Below are positions 45,427-54,834 of a DNA stretch of 64,000 bases, piece after piece. The stretch lies in IMG/VR virus record IMGVR_UViG_3300027847_001048; one strand, written 5' to 3'. Origin of the DNA: an uncultured virus (IMG/VR IMGVR_UViG_3300027847_001048). Taxonomy: Duplodnaviria > Heunggongvirae > Uroviricota > Caudoviricetes. The translations under genes were made by a program, and so were the position numbers. The notes below the pieces were generated by a model. The model did no database searches, had not been told where the DNA came from, and saw only the letters and a program-made list of their open reading frames with translations. Within the stretch, counting starts at the first letter, position 1. Each line of letters begins with the position of its first letter.

Positions 45427-46004
45427 TCCACTTCCTCAAATCAATGGCCTCAATGCAGGCCAGCATCGGCAAGCCCGAGGGTTTCAACTACTTCGGGACC
45501 GAGGACTACGTGTTCGACCGTGGGGTAGACCAGACGCTCTCCGTGCCATTGACCGAGGATGAACGCCTCTCCCTGTTCCGCAGCATCGACTGCTCTGGAC
45601 ACCGCTTCATGCAGAAGCAGTGCTTCCACAACGCTCAACTGCTGGCTCTGGACAACCCCGATCTGCAATACGTCGAAGGCTACGCCCAAGGCAACGCCAT
45701 CATGCCGGTCCACCATGCGTGGCTCACCCTCAACGGAAAGCTGATTGATCTGACGTGGCGCACTGACAAGCCCAACCACCAGGGCCGATTGAGCAATCGC
45801 ATCCTGGGTGTCATTCCCGAGGGGTGGCAGTACCGGGGCATCACGTTCAGTGCTGACGAGATCCGAGAGCGGATCGTGAACTCCGGTGAGACCCGTGCTT
45901 TCATCGGTGACTACACCCGCAGCTTTCCCCTGTTTCGCCAGGAGCGGGTAGGGTGGGAACCAATCCCTTTCAAGACCCCCGTTGAACTGCGAGACAACGC
46001 ATGA
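45423..46004 (+). CDS. Hypothetical protein with transglutaminase/papain-like Cys-His-Asp arrangement
   Basis: QCFHNA...YVEGYA...HHAW......IDLTW. Confidence 0.65.
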   Translation: MIHFLKSMASMQASIGKPEGFNYFGTEDYVFDRGVDQTLSVPLTEDERLSLFRSIDCSGHRFMQKQCFHNAQLLALDNPDLQYVEGYAQGNAIMPVHHAWLTLNGKLIDLTWRTDKPNHQGRLSNRILGVIPEGWQYRGITFSADEIRERIVNSGETRAFIGDYTRSFPLFRQERVGWEPIPFKTPVELRDNA

Positions 46005-46264
46005 GCAAGCGCAAACCGATTCCCGAAGAGAAGCCCATCTACGGTGTGAACCACGGAGCAGATCCGGCAACCTCTTTGCTTCGGGTGAAAAAAGCCGATG
46101 GCACTATGACCGACACTGTGTTCGCAGGGCTTGATCCTGGCGAAGTGGACGACCAAGCCAAACGGGCCATGAAGAAAGCCCTGGAGGACACCACGGATCT
46201 TCTGGAAGTCACGGTGGTCCTGGCTGCGTACTGGAAAACACAGACTGATCAAACCGTTCATTGA
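46001..46264 (+). CDS. Hypothetical protein
   Basis: ATGA overlap within the operon. Confidence 0.65.
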   Translation: MSKRKPIPEEKPIYGVNHGADPATSLLRVKKADGTMTDTVFAGLDPGEVDDQAKRAMKKALEDTTDLLEVTVVLAAYWKTQTDQTVH

Positions 46265-46273
46265 AACGGGGCG

Positions 46274-46301
46274 GTTACTTTTCGACCGTTGAGGGTAGAC
46301 G
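46274..46301 (+). promoter_or_regulatory. 28-bp bipartite motif, copy 11
   Basis: GTTACTTTTCGACCGTTGAGGGTAGACG, 18 nt before ATG 46320. Confidence 0.75.
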
Positions 46302-46319
46302 GGCCAACAAGGAGATCCC

Positions 46320-46874
46320 ATGCAGATTCACATGAATACATTTGTCGGTCGCCAGACACCGGAAAGCCGCTTCTCTCACTTCGAGGGTGAAGAGGGAGCC
46401 TTGATCGATTTGGTCGTATCCAACTTCGACACGGCCCGTGAAGGCTACCGGGAAGGCGTCTTGGAAGTCGATGTGAACCCGGTCGGGTTTCGCTCTGGCG
46501 TGGCGATGCTGGCCGATGGGGATACCTTGACCGGGGCTTTTGAGGCTCGACGTAACGGTGAAGACCCCCGCAAGGTGGTCGTGGTCAACGGTCGAGAGAA
46601 GCTCCCGGCCAAGAGCGTTACGGTCATCCTCTATGCCTCAACCGTGCTGGCCGAGGATACCAGCAACGAGCTTGAAGCCGTTGAGGGCAACTACGAGGTT
46701 GTCTCGATCAACGCCAATCCGTTCGATGGTGACGAGCCAATCGATCCGATGGTTCTAATGCACAATCACTTCGGTTCCACAGGTGGAACCGATACTAATC
46801 TGTCCGACGAGGACTTCGTTGCGCTGCTGCGTACCGGATTCGAGTTTTGGAAAGACAAAGCCATGTGTGGCTAA
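46320..46874 (+). CDS. DUF3228-like protein
   Basis: FVGRQ...GYREGV...FEARR.GE...VILY...EVVSINA....EPIDPM.LMHN; AAGGAG RBS. Confidence 0.6.
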   Translation: MQIHMNTFVGRQTPESRFSHFEGEEGALIDLVVSNFDTAREGYREGVLEVDVNPVGFRSGVAMLADGDTLTGAFEARRNGEDPRKVVVVNGREKLPAKSVTVILYASTVLAEDTSNELEAVEGNYEVVSINANPFDGDEPIDPMVLMHNHFGSTGGTDTNLSDEDFVALLRTGFEFWKDKAMCG

Positions 46875-46884
46875 TGGAGGTCCA

Positions 46885-47070
46885 ATGAAAGGATCAATCG
46901 CCAGAGAGGGTCGGCGCAAACTTGCCGAAGCTCTCGCAGAGGAACGTGCAAAGCGCACACCTCAACAACAACTCGCACGCCTGGACGAAATGTTCGGTAA
47001 GGGCAAAGGCGCAACCAAAGAGCGAGCGAAGCTCGCCAAGCTCACTGGAAAGGTCCAGAAGGAAAAGTAG
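46885..47070 (+). CDS. Small basic hypothetical protein
   Basis: GGAGGT RBS; RTPQQQLARLD..FGKG.GA.KERAKL. Confidence 0.7.
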   Translation: MKGSIAREGRRKLAEALAEERAKRTPQQQLARLDEMFGKGKGATKERAKLAKLTGKVQKEK

Positions 47071-47328
47071 ATGGCGGTACTTGGCCCAGACGGGCGATTC
47101 GCTGATGGAACCTCTCCCTACGAGGGAGAGACGGATGAAGAGATCCGTGAATCCATAAAGCAAGGCCGCTTCAAGGGCGGTGCCAAGGCCGTCCGTGTCA
47201 GCGGTGGTTACTTCACCGGGTCCAAGAAGGGGGACGACACCCTCCGAGACTTCCTGGGGGGCATCGGTGCTCTCGGAGGCATGGCAAAAGAGGAATACGA
47301 AGCCAAGCAAAAGGCCAAGAGCAAGTGA
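47071..47328 (+). CDS. Hypothetical protein
   Basis: Abuts the previous stop codon. Confidence 0.6.
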   Translation: MAVLGPDGRFADGTSPYEGETDEEIRESIKQGRFKGGAKAVRVSGGYFTGSKKGDDTLRDFLGGIGALGGMAKEEYEAKQKAKSK

Positions 47329-48002
47329 ACGAGCTACTCGATCTCTATGCGGACCTTACAGAAGAAGCCCGCAACGGTAGGTCTGCCGAGCAGTTCGCTT
47401 CAACGGTTTACCGTATGCTGGCCCTCTCGAACCAGGGCCATGAAATCTCTGTGGACCCCGGGGATGGCACGTTCGTTCTCGATGGCGTCTCCCGCACGGA
47501 CGAAGAGATTGAGGCCAGTAGCGTCGTCGTTTACATTGAAGAAGAGTACGGCTACCGCTATTGGGTCTGGCACACCGGGTTCTCTGCCACAGAGCTTGCC
47601 GAGTGGTGGCAAAAGCTCGATTCTGTGATGCGTTACTTCTACCACACCACGGACACTCTTCCCGGCTTGGTTCTGGAGAGCGTGAACTGCCCGGTCGAAG
47701 ACCTACGTGCGGTGTATAAGGACGACAAGGAAGCCAACATCGAAGCCTACATCGGTAGCTTGGCCCGCCCGACGTTCCATGAGGCGAACCAAGGTAAAGT
47801 CCCAACTTGGTTCTGTCACATGCACTGCGACGATGACAGCCTCCTTGTTGATGCCGAAGGCAATCGCATCACTCATGCTGGTCACGTAACTGATGAAATG
47901 GGCGATGACGATCCAGTCATACAAGCGAACAATGTCATCTCGGAACAAGCCAGTGCCGAGTACATGGCGAAGCTCGCTGAAGAACACGCCGAGTCACAGT
48001 GA
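47325..48002 (+). CDS. Hypothetical acidic protein
   Basis: GTGA overlap; ends one base before the 3' end of the convergent tRNA. Confidence 0.7.
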   Translation: MNELLDLYADLTEEARNGRSAEQFASTVYRMLALSNQGHEISVDPGDGTFVLDGVSRTDEEIEASSVVVYIEEEYGYRYWVWHTGFSATELAEWWQKLDSVMRYFYHTTDTLPGLVLESVNCPVEDLRAVYKDDKEANIEAYIGSLARPTFHEANQGKVPTWFCHMHCDDDSLLVDAEGNRITHAGHVTDEMGDDDPVIQANNVISEQASAEYMAKLAEEHAESQ

Positions 48003-48078
48003 TGGCTGGGGCGGGTGGACTCGAACCACCATCTCCCGGGTAACAACCGGGCAGGTTGCCAGTTGACCCTACACCCCA
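48003..48078 (-). tRNA. tRNA-Asn (GTT) with encoded CCA
   Basis: TGGGGTG-TA-GGGT..ACCT-G-CCCGG-TT[GTT]AC-CCGGG-AGAT-GGTGG-TTCGAGT-CCACC-CGCCCCA-G-CCA; 76 nt; G discriminator. Confidence 0.92.
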
Positions 48079-48401
48079 GCATCATCTTGTAAGAGTTCTT
48101 CAATAAAGGAAGACAAGGTGCTTTGATCCTGGGCTCCGTGAAGCTCGGACACGATCTCTCCGTCTTTGATGCCAAGGATGTAGGGGATGCTACGAATATC
48201 GTAGTCGTCGGCTACTTCGGGCGCTTCTTCTATGTCTACCCCGACGAAGAGCACCCGGCCAGCGTAGGCTTTCTCCAAGCCTTCCAGAGTAGCCTTTACT
48301 GGACGGCAAGGACCACACCATTTGGCCCAGAAGTCCACCACGACAGGCCATGCCGCATCGAGCACTACCTCGTCGAAGTCTTTATCTGTCACTGCAATCA
48401 T
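48069..48401 (-). CDS. trxA: Thioredoxin
   Basis: VVVDFWAKWCGPC and IRSIP motifs; GGGAGAGG RBS before ATG 48401. Confidence 0.93.
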   Translation of the reverse strand: MIAVTDKDFDEVVLDAAWPVVVDFWAKWCGPCRPVKATLEGLEKAYAGRVLFVGVDIEEAPEVADDYDIRSIPYILGIKDGEIVSELHGAQDQSTLSSFIEELLQDDAGV

Positions 48402-48613
48402 AGACCTCTCCCACCTGTGTGAGACCATAGAGAGATCTTTGATGGTGTTGGTATTCCGTTGATTGCTCCGTTGAGGTAACGGATTTCACCCAAGTTGGGA
48501 TCAGCCTTATGTCTAAACTCCCAAGACAGGGGGTTCTTATTTGGCACTACGCATGGAATCTGGTCATTTTGGACCACTGACAGGGTACTGATATTTGTCA
48601 GCAGGAGGATGCC

Positions 48614-49213
48614 GTGCCGAGGATCATTACACCATTCATGCCCTATCATGGCTGGATTGAAGTCGTGGCCGGTTGCATGTACTCGGGTAAGTCTGAAGAA
48701 CTTATCCGACGACTTCGACGTGCTGCGATTGCCAAGCAGAATGTCATGGCTTTCAAGCCTAAAGTAGACGATAGATACCACCCGACCAACATCGCAACTC
48801 ACCTTGGAGTGACCATTACGGCTCGGGCAGTCGAATCTCCCGATGAGATCTACGACAAGGCCAAGGAAGCCGACGTTGTTGGGATCGACGAGGCCCAGTT
48901 CTTCGATCCCAGCCTTGTTGAAGTGGTCGATCTAATGGCTACGCTGGGCAAGAGGATCGTTATCGCAGGGTTAGACCTGGACTTTAGGGGGGTGCCTTTT
49001 GGATCAATGCCCCATCTTCTCGCTTTGGCTGATGATGTAATCAAGCTCAATGCCGTATGCGTGACTTGTGGTGGACCGGCAACTCACACGTTCCGAACCA
49101 CCCCCAACCAGCAGTTGGTGGCTGTTGGATCAATAAACAGCTACGAAGCCCGTTGCCGTGTTCATTGGCTGGAGGGCTTCAAGTCGGAGGGGATCGGGGA
49201 TGCCAATCTATGA
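48614..49213 (+). CDS. tdk: Thymidine kinase
   Basis: GCMYSGKSEEL, IDEAQFF, AGLDLDFRG.PF, CVTC...YEARCR. Confidence 0.95.
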   Translation: MPRIITPFMPYHGWIEVVAGCMYSGKSEELIRRLRRAAIAKQNVMAFKPKVDDRYHPTNIATHLGVTITARAVESPDEIYDKAKEADVVGIDEAQFFDPSLVEVVDLMATLGKRIVIAGLDLDFRGVPFGSMPHLLALADDVIKLNAVCVTCGGPATHTFRTTPNQQLVAVGSINSYEARCRVHWLEGFKSEGIGDANL

Positions 49214-49415
49214 ATATCAATGCGAAAAGTGCAGCGAACGCCTGGAAGTGATGCAGCGCATATCAGAGGCCCCTCTCCAGAAGCACCTCAAGAAGCACTA
49301 TAAAGACAAAAAAGCCTGTGGGGGGAAGCTGAAGAAACTCATCTCACAGACCTCCTTTTCCCTCAAAGGAGGTGGCTGGGCAGCCGATGGCTATACGGGT
49401 GGGTCAAGTGATTGA
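49200..49415 (+). CDS. FmdB-family Zn-ribbon protein
   Basis: MPIYEYQCEKC...CGGKLKKLIS.TSF.LKGGGW. Confidence 0.85.
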   Translation: MPIYEYQCEKCSERLEVMQRISEAPLQKHLKKHYKDKKACGGKLKKLISQTSFSLKGGGWAADGYTGGSSD

Positions 49416-49445
49416 TACCCCAAACTGGCAACCGTCGTCGATTAT

Positions 49446-49674
49446 CAGTCAATAGGGTTACTGTATATGTAGATAGACAGCCGACTGAAGCGGCTGAGAT
49501 GCGATACAGATTCAGCCCATATTGATTGGGAAAGTTCATGGTCTCTAAAAAGCCATCGTCGTGTTGATTCTATCGTAGCACCCCCCGTTTTGATTCTGGG
49601 CACGCCAACCCCCTTTGACGATGTGAGTCGTGATCTCCCGTATTTCGGGGTCTCGATTCAGAGATCTCACGTCA
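49446..49674 (+). ncRNA. Candidate structured RNA or long 5' leader
   Basis: 83-nt interrupted hairpin at 49446-49528 and a second hairpin at 49616-49674; G-U pairs favour the plus strand. Confidence 0.45.
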
Positions 49675-49686
49675 TGGGAGTGGTGG

Positions 49687-51267
49687 ATGCACGAAATCAA
49701 CAACGACGAGATTTGGTTCCGATATGGGGATGAGATCGCTACTGTCCCACTCGGAAGAGAGGGTTTAGGTCAGTTACTCTCACATCACGGGTTCGCCCGT
49801 CCTTCGAGGCATGGCCTCGATAAGATCATCGCCAGGGTACGACAAGAAGGCGGCCCAGACACCGCCCCCCCGGCAGAAGACTTCAAGCCGACGCCGAAAG
49901 GCACACAAGACTACATTAGCAACCTTGCCGCAGGGGAAGACCCCTCTCCCGTTCCAGATACCCTGGAGGGAGAGGATGAGGGTTCCGATGGCATTGAGCT
50001 AACACCCCTCAATGTAGAGCAGCATTTCTACTTCTACGAGGAAGACACCGACGATTACCGAACCTTCATCCCACAGGCAAAGGGGTGGGTGCGTACATCA
50101 GGAGAAGTTCACCGTCTGGTCATCCAATGGTACTCCAACTGGGACGGCCAACCTGTCAGCTTGAATGGCATTAGCCGACGCACAGGGCTTCCCCGTGGTT
50201 GGGTCATCGGGTATCTCAAATCCCACGGTATCACGCACGATAGCGCCCCCTTCTCCGCTGAAGAGGTCGCCCTGCGAGGCGTTGAGGATCTGGCCCAGGA
50301 TGCCCTGGCATTGAAGTTTGGGGCGCTCGCCACCCGTACTGAAGAACTTTCCGCCAAGGAGACCACTGGAGCAGCACGTAAATGGTGGGACTTTGAGGCG
50401 TCCGTGTTGTCCAAGATTCAAGGGTGGATCACCGACAACGACGTTGAATACACCGTTCCAAAGCTCCGGCTGAACCGTGCCGAACGTCCCTACACCCTGG
50501 TTACGTCAGCCACAGACTTCCATTGGGGGATGCGCTCGTTTAGCGAGGAATCCGGCTACCACTACGACAGGAAAGAAGCGAAGAACCGTCTACGCCAATC
50601 CACAGAAGATCTGTTGAACAGAGCGCCGGGGCAGATGGAGAAGATCATTGTAGCCGTAGGCTCCGACTGGTTCCACGTAGACGGCCCTGGACCACTACCA
50701 ACCACTACAAGAGGAACCCCACAATCAGTGGACGGGACTCCTTTTGAGATCATGCTGACCGGAGCAGAACTGTGCCGAGAGCATATCGATATGCTCTCGC
50801 AGGTGGCTCCGGTCACTGTCGTCTTGATGTCGGGCAATCACGACCGACACAACTCCTACGCCTTGCTGCTCTATCTGATGGCTCTTTATGAGTCTTCAGA
50901 CCGAGTGGAGATCGTCAGGAACTTTAGAGCAAGGGTGTACCAGAAGATTGGAAACACCTTGGCGTGCTTTACACACGGAGACGGGGCAAAGGTGAAAGAC
51001 CTTGGCCCCATTATGTCAAAGGAAGCACGGATTGATTGGGGAGATACGACTCATCACGTTGCGTTTGGGGGGCACTTACACCACCAGCGCATACAAGAGG
51101 TCGGCGGGATTCGACATTATTTATTGCCTTCGTTGGCGGAACCGGATGCGTGGCACTCAGCCCACGGGTACGTGACCAGCCAGCCGGGTCTGATGGGAGT
51201 GATGGTTGATCTGACAGACGGACCAACCGGAACACTTTTTTGCCCCGTCAGGGAAGGAGGAACATGA
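49687..51267 (+). CDS. Calcineurin-like metallophosphoesterase with long N-terminal extension
   Basis: TDFHWG, GSDWFH, SGNHD, THGD, GHLHH. ATG at 49687 after GGGAG. Confidence 0.85.
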   Translation: MHEINNDEIWFRYGDEIATVPLGREGLGQLLSHHGFARPSRHGLDKIIARVRQEGGPDTAPPAEDFKPTPKGTQDYISNLAAGEDPSPVPDTLEGEDEGSDGIELTPLNVEQHFYFYEEDTDDYRTFIPQAKGWVRTSGEVHRLVIQWYSNWDGQPVSLNGISRRTGLPRGWVIGYLKSHGITHDSAPFSAEEVALRGVEDLAQDALALKFGALATRTEELSAKETTGAARKWWDFEASVLSKIQGWITDNDVEYTVPKLRLNRAERPYTLVTSATDFHWGMRSFSEESGYHYDRKEAKNRLRQSTEDLLNRAPGQMEKIIVAVGSDWFHVDGPGPLPTTTRGTPQSVDGTPFEIMLTGAELCREHIDMLSQVAPVTVVLMSGNHDRHNSYALLLYLMALYESSDRVEIVRNFRARVYQKIGNTLACFTHGDGAKVKDLGPIMSKEARIDWGDTTHHVAFGGHLHHQRIQEVGGIRHYLLPSLAEPDAWHSAHGYVTSQPGLMGVMVDLTDGPTGTLFCPVREGGT

Positions 51268-51268
51268 A

Positions 51269-52084
51269 GTGTCGTGTTACCGCAGAAGCAGTAGAAGAAG
51301 CAGTAGAAGTAGACTCCCGTTTGTAGCCTTGTTGGTGCTGGTCCTTGTAGGGAGCAGTTGTCGCTCCATACGGCACAGCCCTGCCTTGCCCAGAGACTCG
51401 TTTCTGTTTGTCATGCACAAGGTTCTATTCCGAACCTGCGTTGGAGATGAGTGCGAGACGGTCGGGGATGCCCGGGTCTATGGATCGGGCTTTGTTGTTC
51501 ATTCCAAGAACGGCGTTTCTTACGGGTTCACCGCAGCCCATGTTTGTGCCAAACCCAGGTTCAAGACCCCGGGGGATCACGTACAGGAAGACGGAACCGT
51601 CGTCGTACATAGCGTCAAAAACAGTATCAAGGTCGCCCTCTACGGCGGGGGCGTTCATCAAGCAGAAGTCATTGAACTTCACGAAGACGTGGACATCTGT
51701 GTCCTTCGTATTCCTGGGATTACTCTCCCAAGTGTGCGGTTTGCAAAGAGCAAGCCTTCACCGGGGGACAAGGTGTGGTCGTTATCTGCCCCCTTGGCGA
51801 CTTTTGAGCCTCACATGATCCCCCAGACAGATGGCTACGCTTCGGGAGATGTGCGGGAACTCCGGTCGCCCCTACCGGGTGGCGAAAGTGTTGTGTTCCA
51901 AGCCTTCACCATTCCCGCAGCGAGCGGAGTGTCTGGTGCCCCGATCTTCAATGAGAGTGCCGAAGTGATTGGCATGTCCATCATCGCCTTGACCCAGTTT
52001 GAGAACTTCGCACTATCCCCACCATTCGAGAGCTTGAAAGCCGTTTATGACAGCGTTGTGGCTAAAGCGAAACACGGAGATTGA
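51269..52084 (+). CDS. Trypsin-like (S1) serine protease, probably a lipoprotein
   Basis: GSGF, TAAHVC, DICVL, GVSGAP triad motifs; hydrophobic N-terminus ending in GSSC. Confidence 0.88.
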   Translation: MSCYRRSSRRSSRSRLPFVALLVLVLVGSSCRSIRHSPALPRDSFLFVMHKVLFRTCVGDECETVGDARVYGSGFVVHSKNGVSYGFTAAHVCAKPRFKTPGDHVQEDGTVVVHSVKNSIKVALYGGGVHQAEVIELHEDVDICVLRIPGITLPSVRFAKSKPSPGDKVWSLSAPLATFEPHMIPQTDGYASGDVRELRSPLPGGESVVFQAFTIPAASGVSGAPIFNESAEVIGMSIIALTQFENFALSPPFESLKAVYDSVVAKAKHGD

Positions 52085-52085
52085 C

Positions 52086-52409
52086 ATGAAAATGCAATCA
52101 ATACCCAAAGAGATCCAGATTGGGGCTCACACAATCACGATTGAACGTCGAGCAGGCTTGATCAATCACAGTTCAGCTTACGGGTTGTTCGATGCGACCT
52201 CGCTGGAGATCCAGATTGACGAGTCTCTTTCTGACACTTTGGCGTGGGAAACCTTTTGGCACGAAGTCATGGAGGCATTGAACTTCTTTTCGGAGGCGGG
52301 TCTTGAGCACAAGTCGATCCAAGTCATGGCCCTCCTTCTTCATCAAGTAGCAGGCTCCGTGTTCATCCCAGAAAACACCAAAGGGCCACCGGGCAGGAAG
52401 AAAAAGTGA
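52086..52409 (+). CDS. Small zincin-like protein (HExxE variant)
   Basis: IPKEIQIG...YGLF...IQID...TFWHEVMEAL. Confidence 0.6.
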   Translation: MKMQSIPKEIQIGAHTITIERRAGLINHSSAYGLFDATSLEIQIDESLSDTLAWETFWHEVMEALNFFSEAGLEHKSIQVMALLLHQVAGSVFIPENTKGPPGRKKK

Positions 52410-52413
52410 TGAC

Positions 52414-54453
52414 ATGAGAAAGAGCGGGCTGATTCTGATTCTGTTGATTGCAGCATGTAGTGACCAAGGTGTAGGCGTAGAAGACGCCGGACAACCTGTA
52501 CTTATCCTTCCTGATGCAACCGGGGATGTTCTTGTCCTTGACGTGGACGTGGGAGACACCGGCCCACACACAGGCCCCGAATACGACTACCAGCAGAAAT
52601 GCTGGCGTACCCAACTCTGGTTTTGCCCCGAATCCTTCCATGCTGACAACATGGCGCTCTATCGAATCGAAGTCGTCATAGATATCTGTGATGCCAGCGG
52701 AGAGCCCTGCACCCCAGAAGTGCCTCCAATCGAGACTTGCGTTTGGAACGTCATCTCCCAAGGGCAGTGTACCGAAGTCTTTGAGTGCAACCCCGACCCC
52801 AACATCAATCCCTTCTTGGGAATGGTGGATTGCGAGGTCGAGCAAGACAGCGGCCCGATGAACGGTCAGGCCCCTCTCTGGTGTAACAAAGGGCAACTTT
52901 ACACAGGCCCCTGCGAGCCCTGCACCGAAGAGATCTGTGATGGCCTGGACAACGATTGCGATGGGGACACCGACGAAGGCCAATACCCCTGTGAGTCCGA
53001 GTGCGGTCCTGGAATGGGAGCCTGCATGGAGGGGGAGATCCTGCTTTGTGATGCCCCCCTGTCTCAAGACGAGGCGTGCAACGACTTCGATGATGATTGC
53101 GACGGCGAGATTGACGAAGACCTGATCGAAGGGTGCAATACTCTGTGCGAAGACGGGCACAAGGTTTGCTTTACTGGACAATGGGGACCGTGTTCCGCCC
53201 AACAACCTTTTGAAGAAGCCTGCAACGGCTTGGACGACGACTGTGATGGTCTGGTTGATGAGGATCTGAACTGTGCCTGCCCACCCGAGTTGGTGGGTGT
53301 GCTCATGCCTTGTATGGAAGAGCCTTTGATTTGTGGTCAAGGGTGGAAGACATGCGAGTGCCAGGACGAGGCTTGCACCGAAACGAGCATGACCGAGTGC
53401 CATGCTTTCTGCTTCTACATCCCCACGCCGGGAGAGGTCTGTGACGATCTGCTCGGTGTTCCTATGGATGAGGTCTGCAACGGCTTCGATGATGATTGCG
53501 ATGATCTAATCGATGAGGGCTTGGTGGCAGATTGCTACACAGGTCCAGCGGGTTCGCTCGACGTTGGCATCTGCCAGGGCGGGCAGATGCTCTGTGAGCA
53601 GGGTCAGTGGGGTGGTTATCTCTCTCCCAATCTCCCCTTCATCCCAGACTTCTGCTCTGGCGAGACCCTGCCCCTGCCCGAAGATCTTTGCAGCGACCAA
53701 GACGAGAACTGCGACGGCCTCATGGAGAAGGTGATGGAGGATACAGACATCCTCTTCATTGTGGACGGATCTGGGTCGATGAACCCCCGCATCATGGCTG
53801 TGGTCACAGCCTTGTCGTTGTTCTCCCAGCATTATGAGGACCAGCAAGTAATCCAATGGGGTCTCGTAATGGGACCAAGCGAAGCGGGCCTTGGGGGTGA
53901 GCATCTTTACCTCGCCCAGAACCTCACTGATTTCGACCAGTTCTTTGCCGTACTGATGGGGGTGGACCAATCCGACCTCACGGGCGGGAGCGAGATGCTT
54001 CTCGACGCTTTGTACCTGTCCTTACACAATCTCCCAGGCGTAGACATTGATGCACTGCAAGTGCCCATACCTATGATGACGTGGCAAGGCGTTGGTGAGT
54101 CCATTCCTCCGAAGAATGTGTTTGAGATCAACTGGCGAGACGACACCAACCACGTTGTCATCTTGTTTTCAGATGAGATCGCCCAGACCTTCCTGGAGCC
54201 CGGTGTCACAAGCCAGATGATCCAAGACGTGGCCGCCGAGGCGGACGATCTTGCGATCTATCCATTCAGCCTCCCGGGGCACCAGTCCGACAGCCTTCAG
54301 GGATCGGGTTGGGGACCATTAGCGATTGGTGGGAGTTGGTGGCCGTTGAGTAGCAACGCCCCGCAGATGTTCAGCGCATTGATGCAGATATTAGATGAAA
54401 CCGCTTGTGGGGAAGGCCCCCAAGAGCAGCAGCAAGAGCAACAAGGACCATAA
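52414..54453 (+). CDS. Lipoprotein with Cys/Asp-rich metal-binding repeats and C-terminal VWA domain
   Basis: Lipobox LIAAC; about five E.CDG.D.DCDG..DE repeats; DILFIVDGSGSM MIDAS motif. Confidence 0.88.
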   Translation: MRKSGLILILLIAACSDQGVGVEDAGQPVLILPDATGDVLVLDVDVGDTGPHTGPEYDYQQKCWRTQLWFCPESFHADNMALYRIEVVIDICDASGEPCTPEVPPIETCVWNVISQGQCTEVFECNPDPNINPFLGMVDCEVEQDSGPMNGQAPLWCNKGQLYTGPCEPCTEEICDGLDNDCDGDTDEGQYPCESECGPGMGACMEGEILLCDAPLSQDEACNDFDDDCDGEIDEDLIEGCNTLCEDGHKVCFTGQWGPCSAQQPFEEACNGLDDDCDGLVDEDLNCACPPELVGVLMPCMEEPLICGQGWKTCECQDEACTETSMTECHAFCFYIPTPGEVCDDLLGVPMDEVCNGFDDDCDDLIDEGLVADCYTGPAGSLDVGICQGGQMLCEQGQWGGYLSPNLPFIPDFCSGETLPLPEDLCSDQDENCDGLMEKVMEDTDILFIVDGSGSMNPRIMAVVTALSLFSQHYEDQQVIQWGLVMGPSEAGLGGEHLYLAQNLTDFDQFFAVLMGVDQSDLTGGSEMLLDALYLSLHNLPGVDIDALQVPIPMMTWQGVGESIPPKNVFEINWRDDTNHVVILFSDEIAQTFLEPGVTSQMIQDVAAEADDLAIYPFSLPGHQSDSLQGSGWGPLAIGGSWWPLSSNAPQMFSALMQILDETACGEGPQEQQQEQQGP

Positions 54454-54465
54454 GTAGAGGTAGAG

Positions 54466-54834
54466 ATGAGTTCAGTAGGAGCAGTAGGCGGTGCAGCCGC
54501 AGCAGGCGGTGCAGCCGCAGCAGCAGGCGGCGGTGCAGCAGTAGGTGCAGCAGGTGCAGTAGGAGCAGATGCAGGAACAGCGTCAGGGAGTGTCTCTGTT
54601 GGGGACTCCAAAGGTGTTGCAAAGGCTGTTGATTCGGACGGGGCCGACCCCACTCAAGCATCCCAACCATCCCAGGTTCAACCAGGGCAGATTGGGATGA
54701 GCAGTCAAGACTTCATGCAGCTTCGACAGTCTTGCGTCCAACCGGCGCAGGAAGCTCCAGCGGTGGATCTGAACAAGATGCTGGAGTGGCTAATGGCAAT
54801 CAAAATGCTTGAAGCGATGAATGGGGCGAAATGA
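54466..54834 (+). CDS. Hypothetical protein with Gly/Ala low-complexity N-terminus
   Basis: AGAGGT RBS; VGAVGGAAAAGGAAAAAGGG. Confidence 0.65.
   Translation: MSSVGAVGGAAAAGGAAAAAGGGAAVGAAGAVGADAGTASGSVSVGDSKGVAKAVDSDGADPTQASQPSQVQPGQIGMSSQDFMQLRQSCVQPAQEAPAVDLNKMLEWLMAIKMLEAMNGAK
54472..54575 (+). repeat. Low-complexity GCA/GGT tandem repeats
   Basis: Iterated GCAGGCGGTGCAGCC-like units. Confidence 0.8.

Noticed and set aside
48003..48078. tRNA as a prophage attachment site
   Set aside because: No integrase and no duplicated tRNA 3' end in the window; phage-like genes continue on both sides.
48398..48802. 134-aa minus-strand ORF upstream of trxA
   Set aside because: Its 5' half overlaps tdk in antisense and there is no clear start or RBS. 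At most a short 3' part is coding.
51283..51313. AGAAGCAGTAGA tandem repeat
   Set aside because: Encodes the RSSR n-region of a signal peptide. Simple slippage with no further structure.
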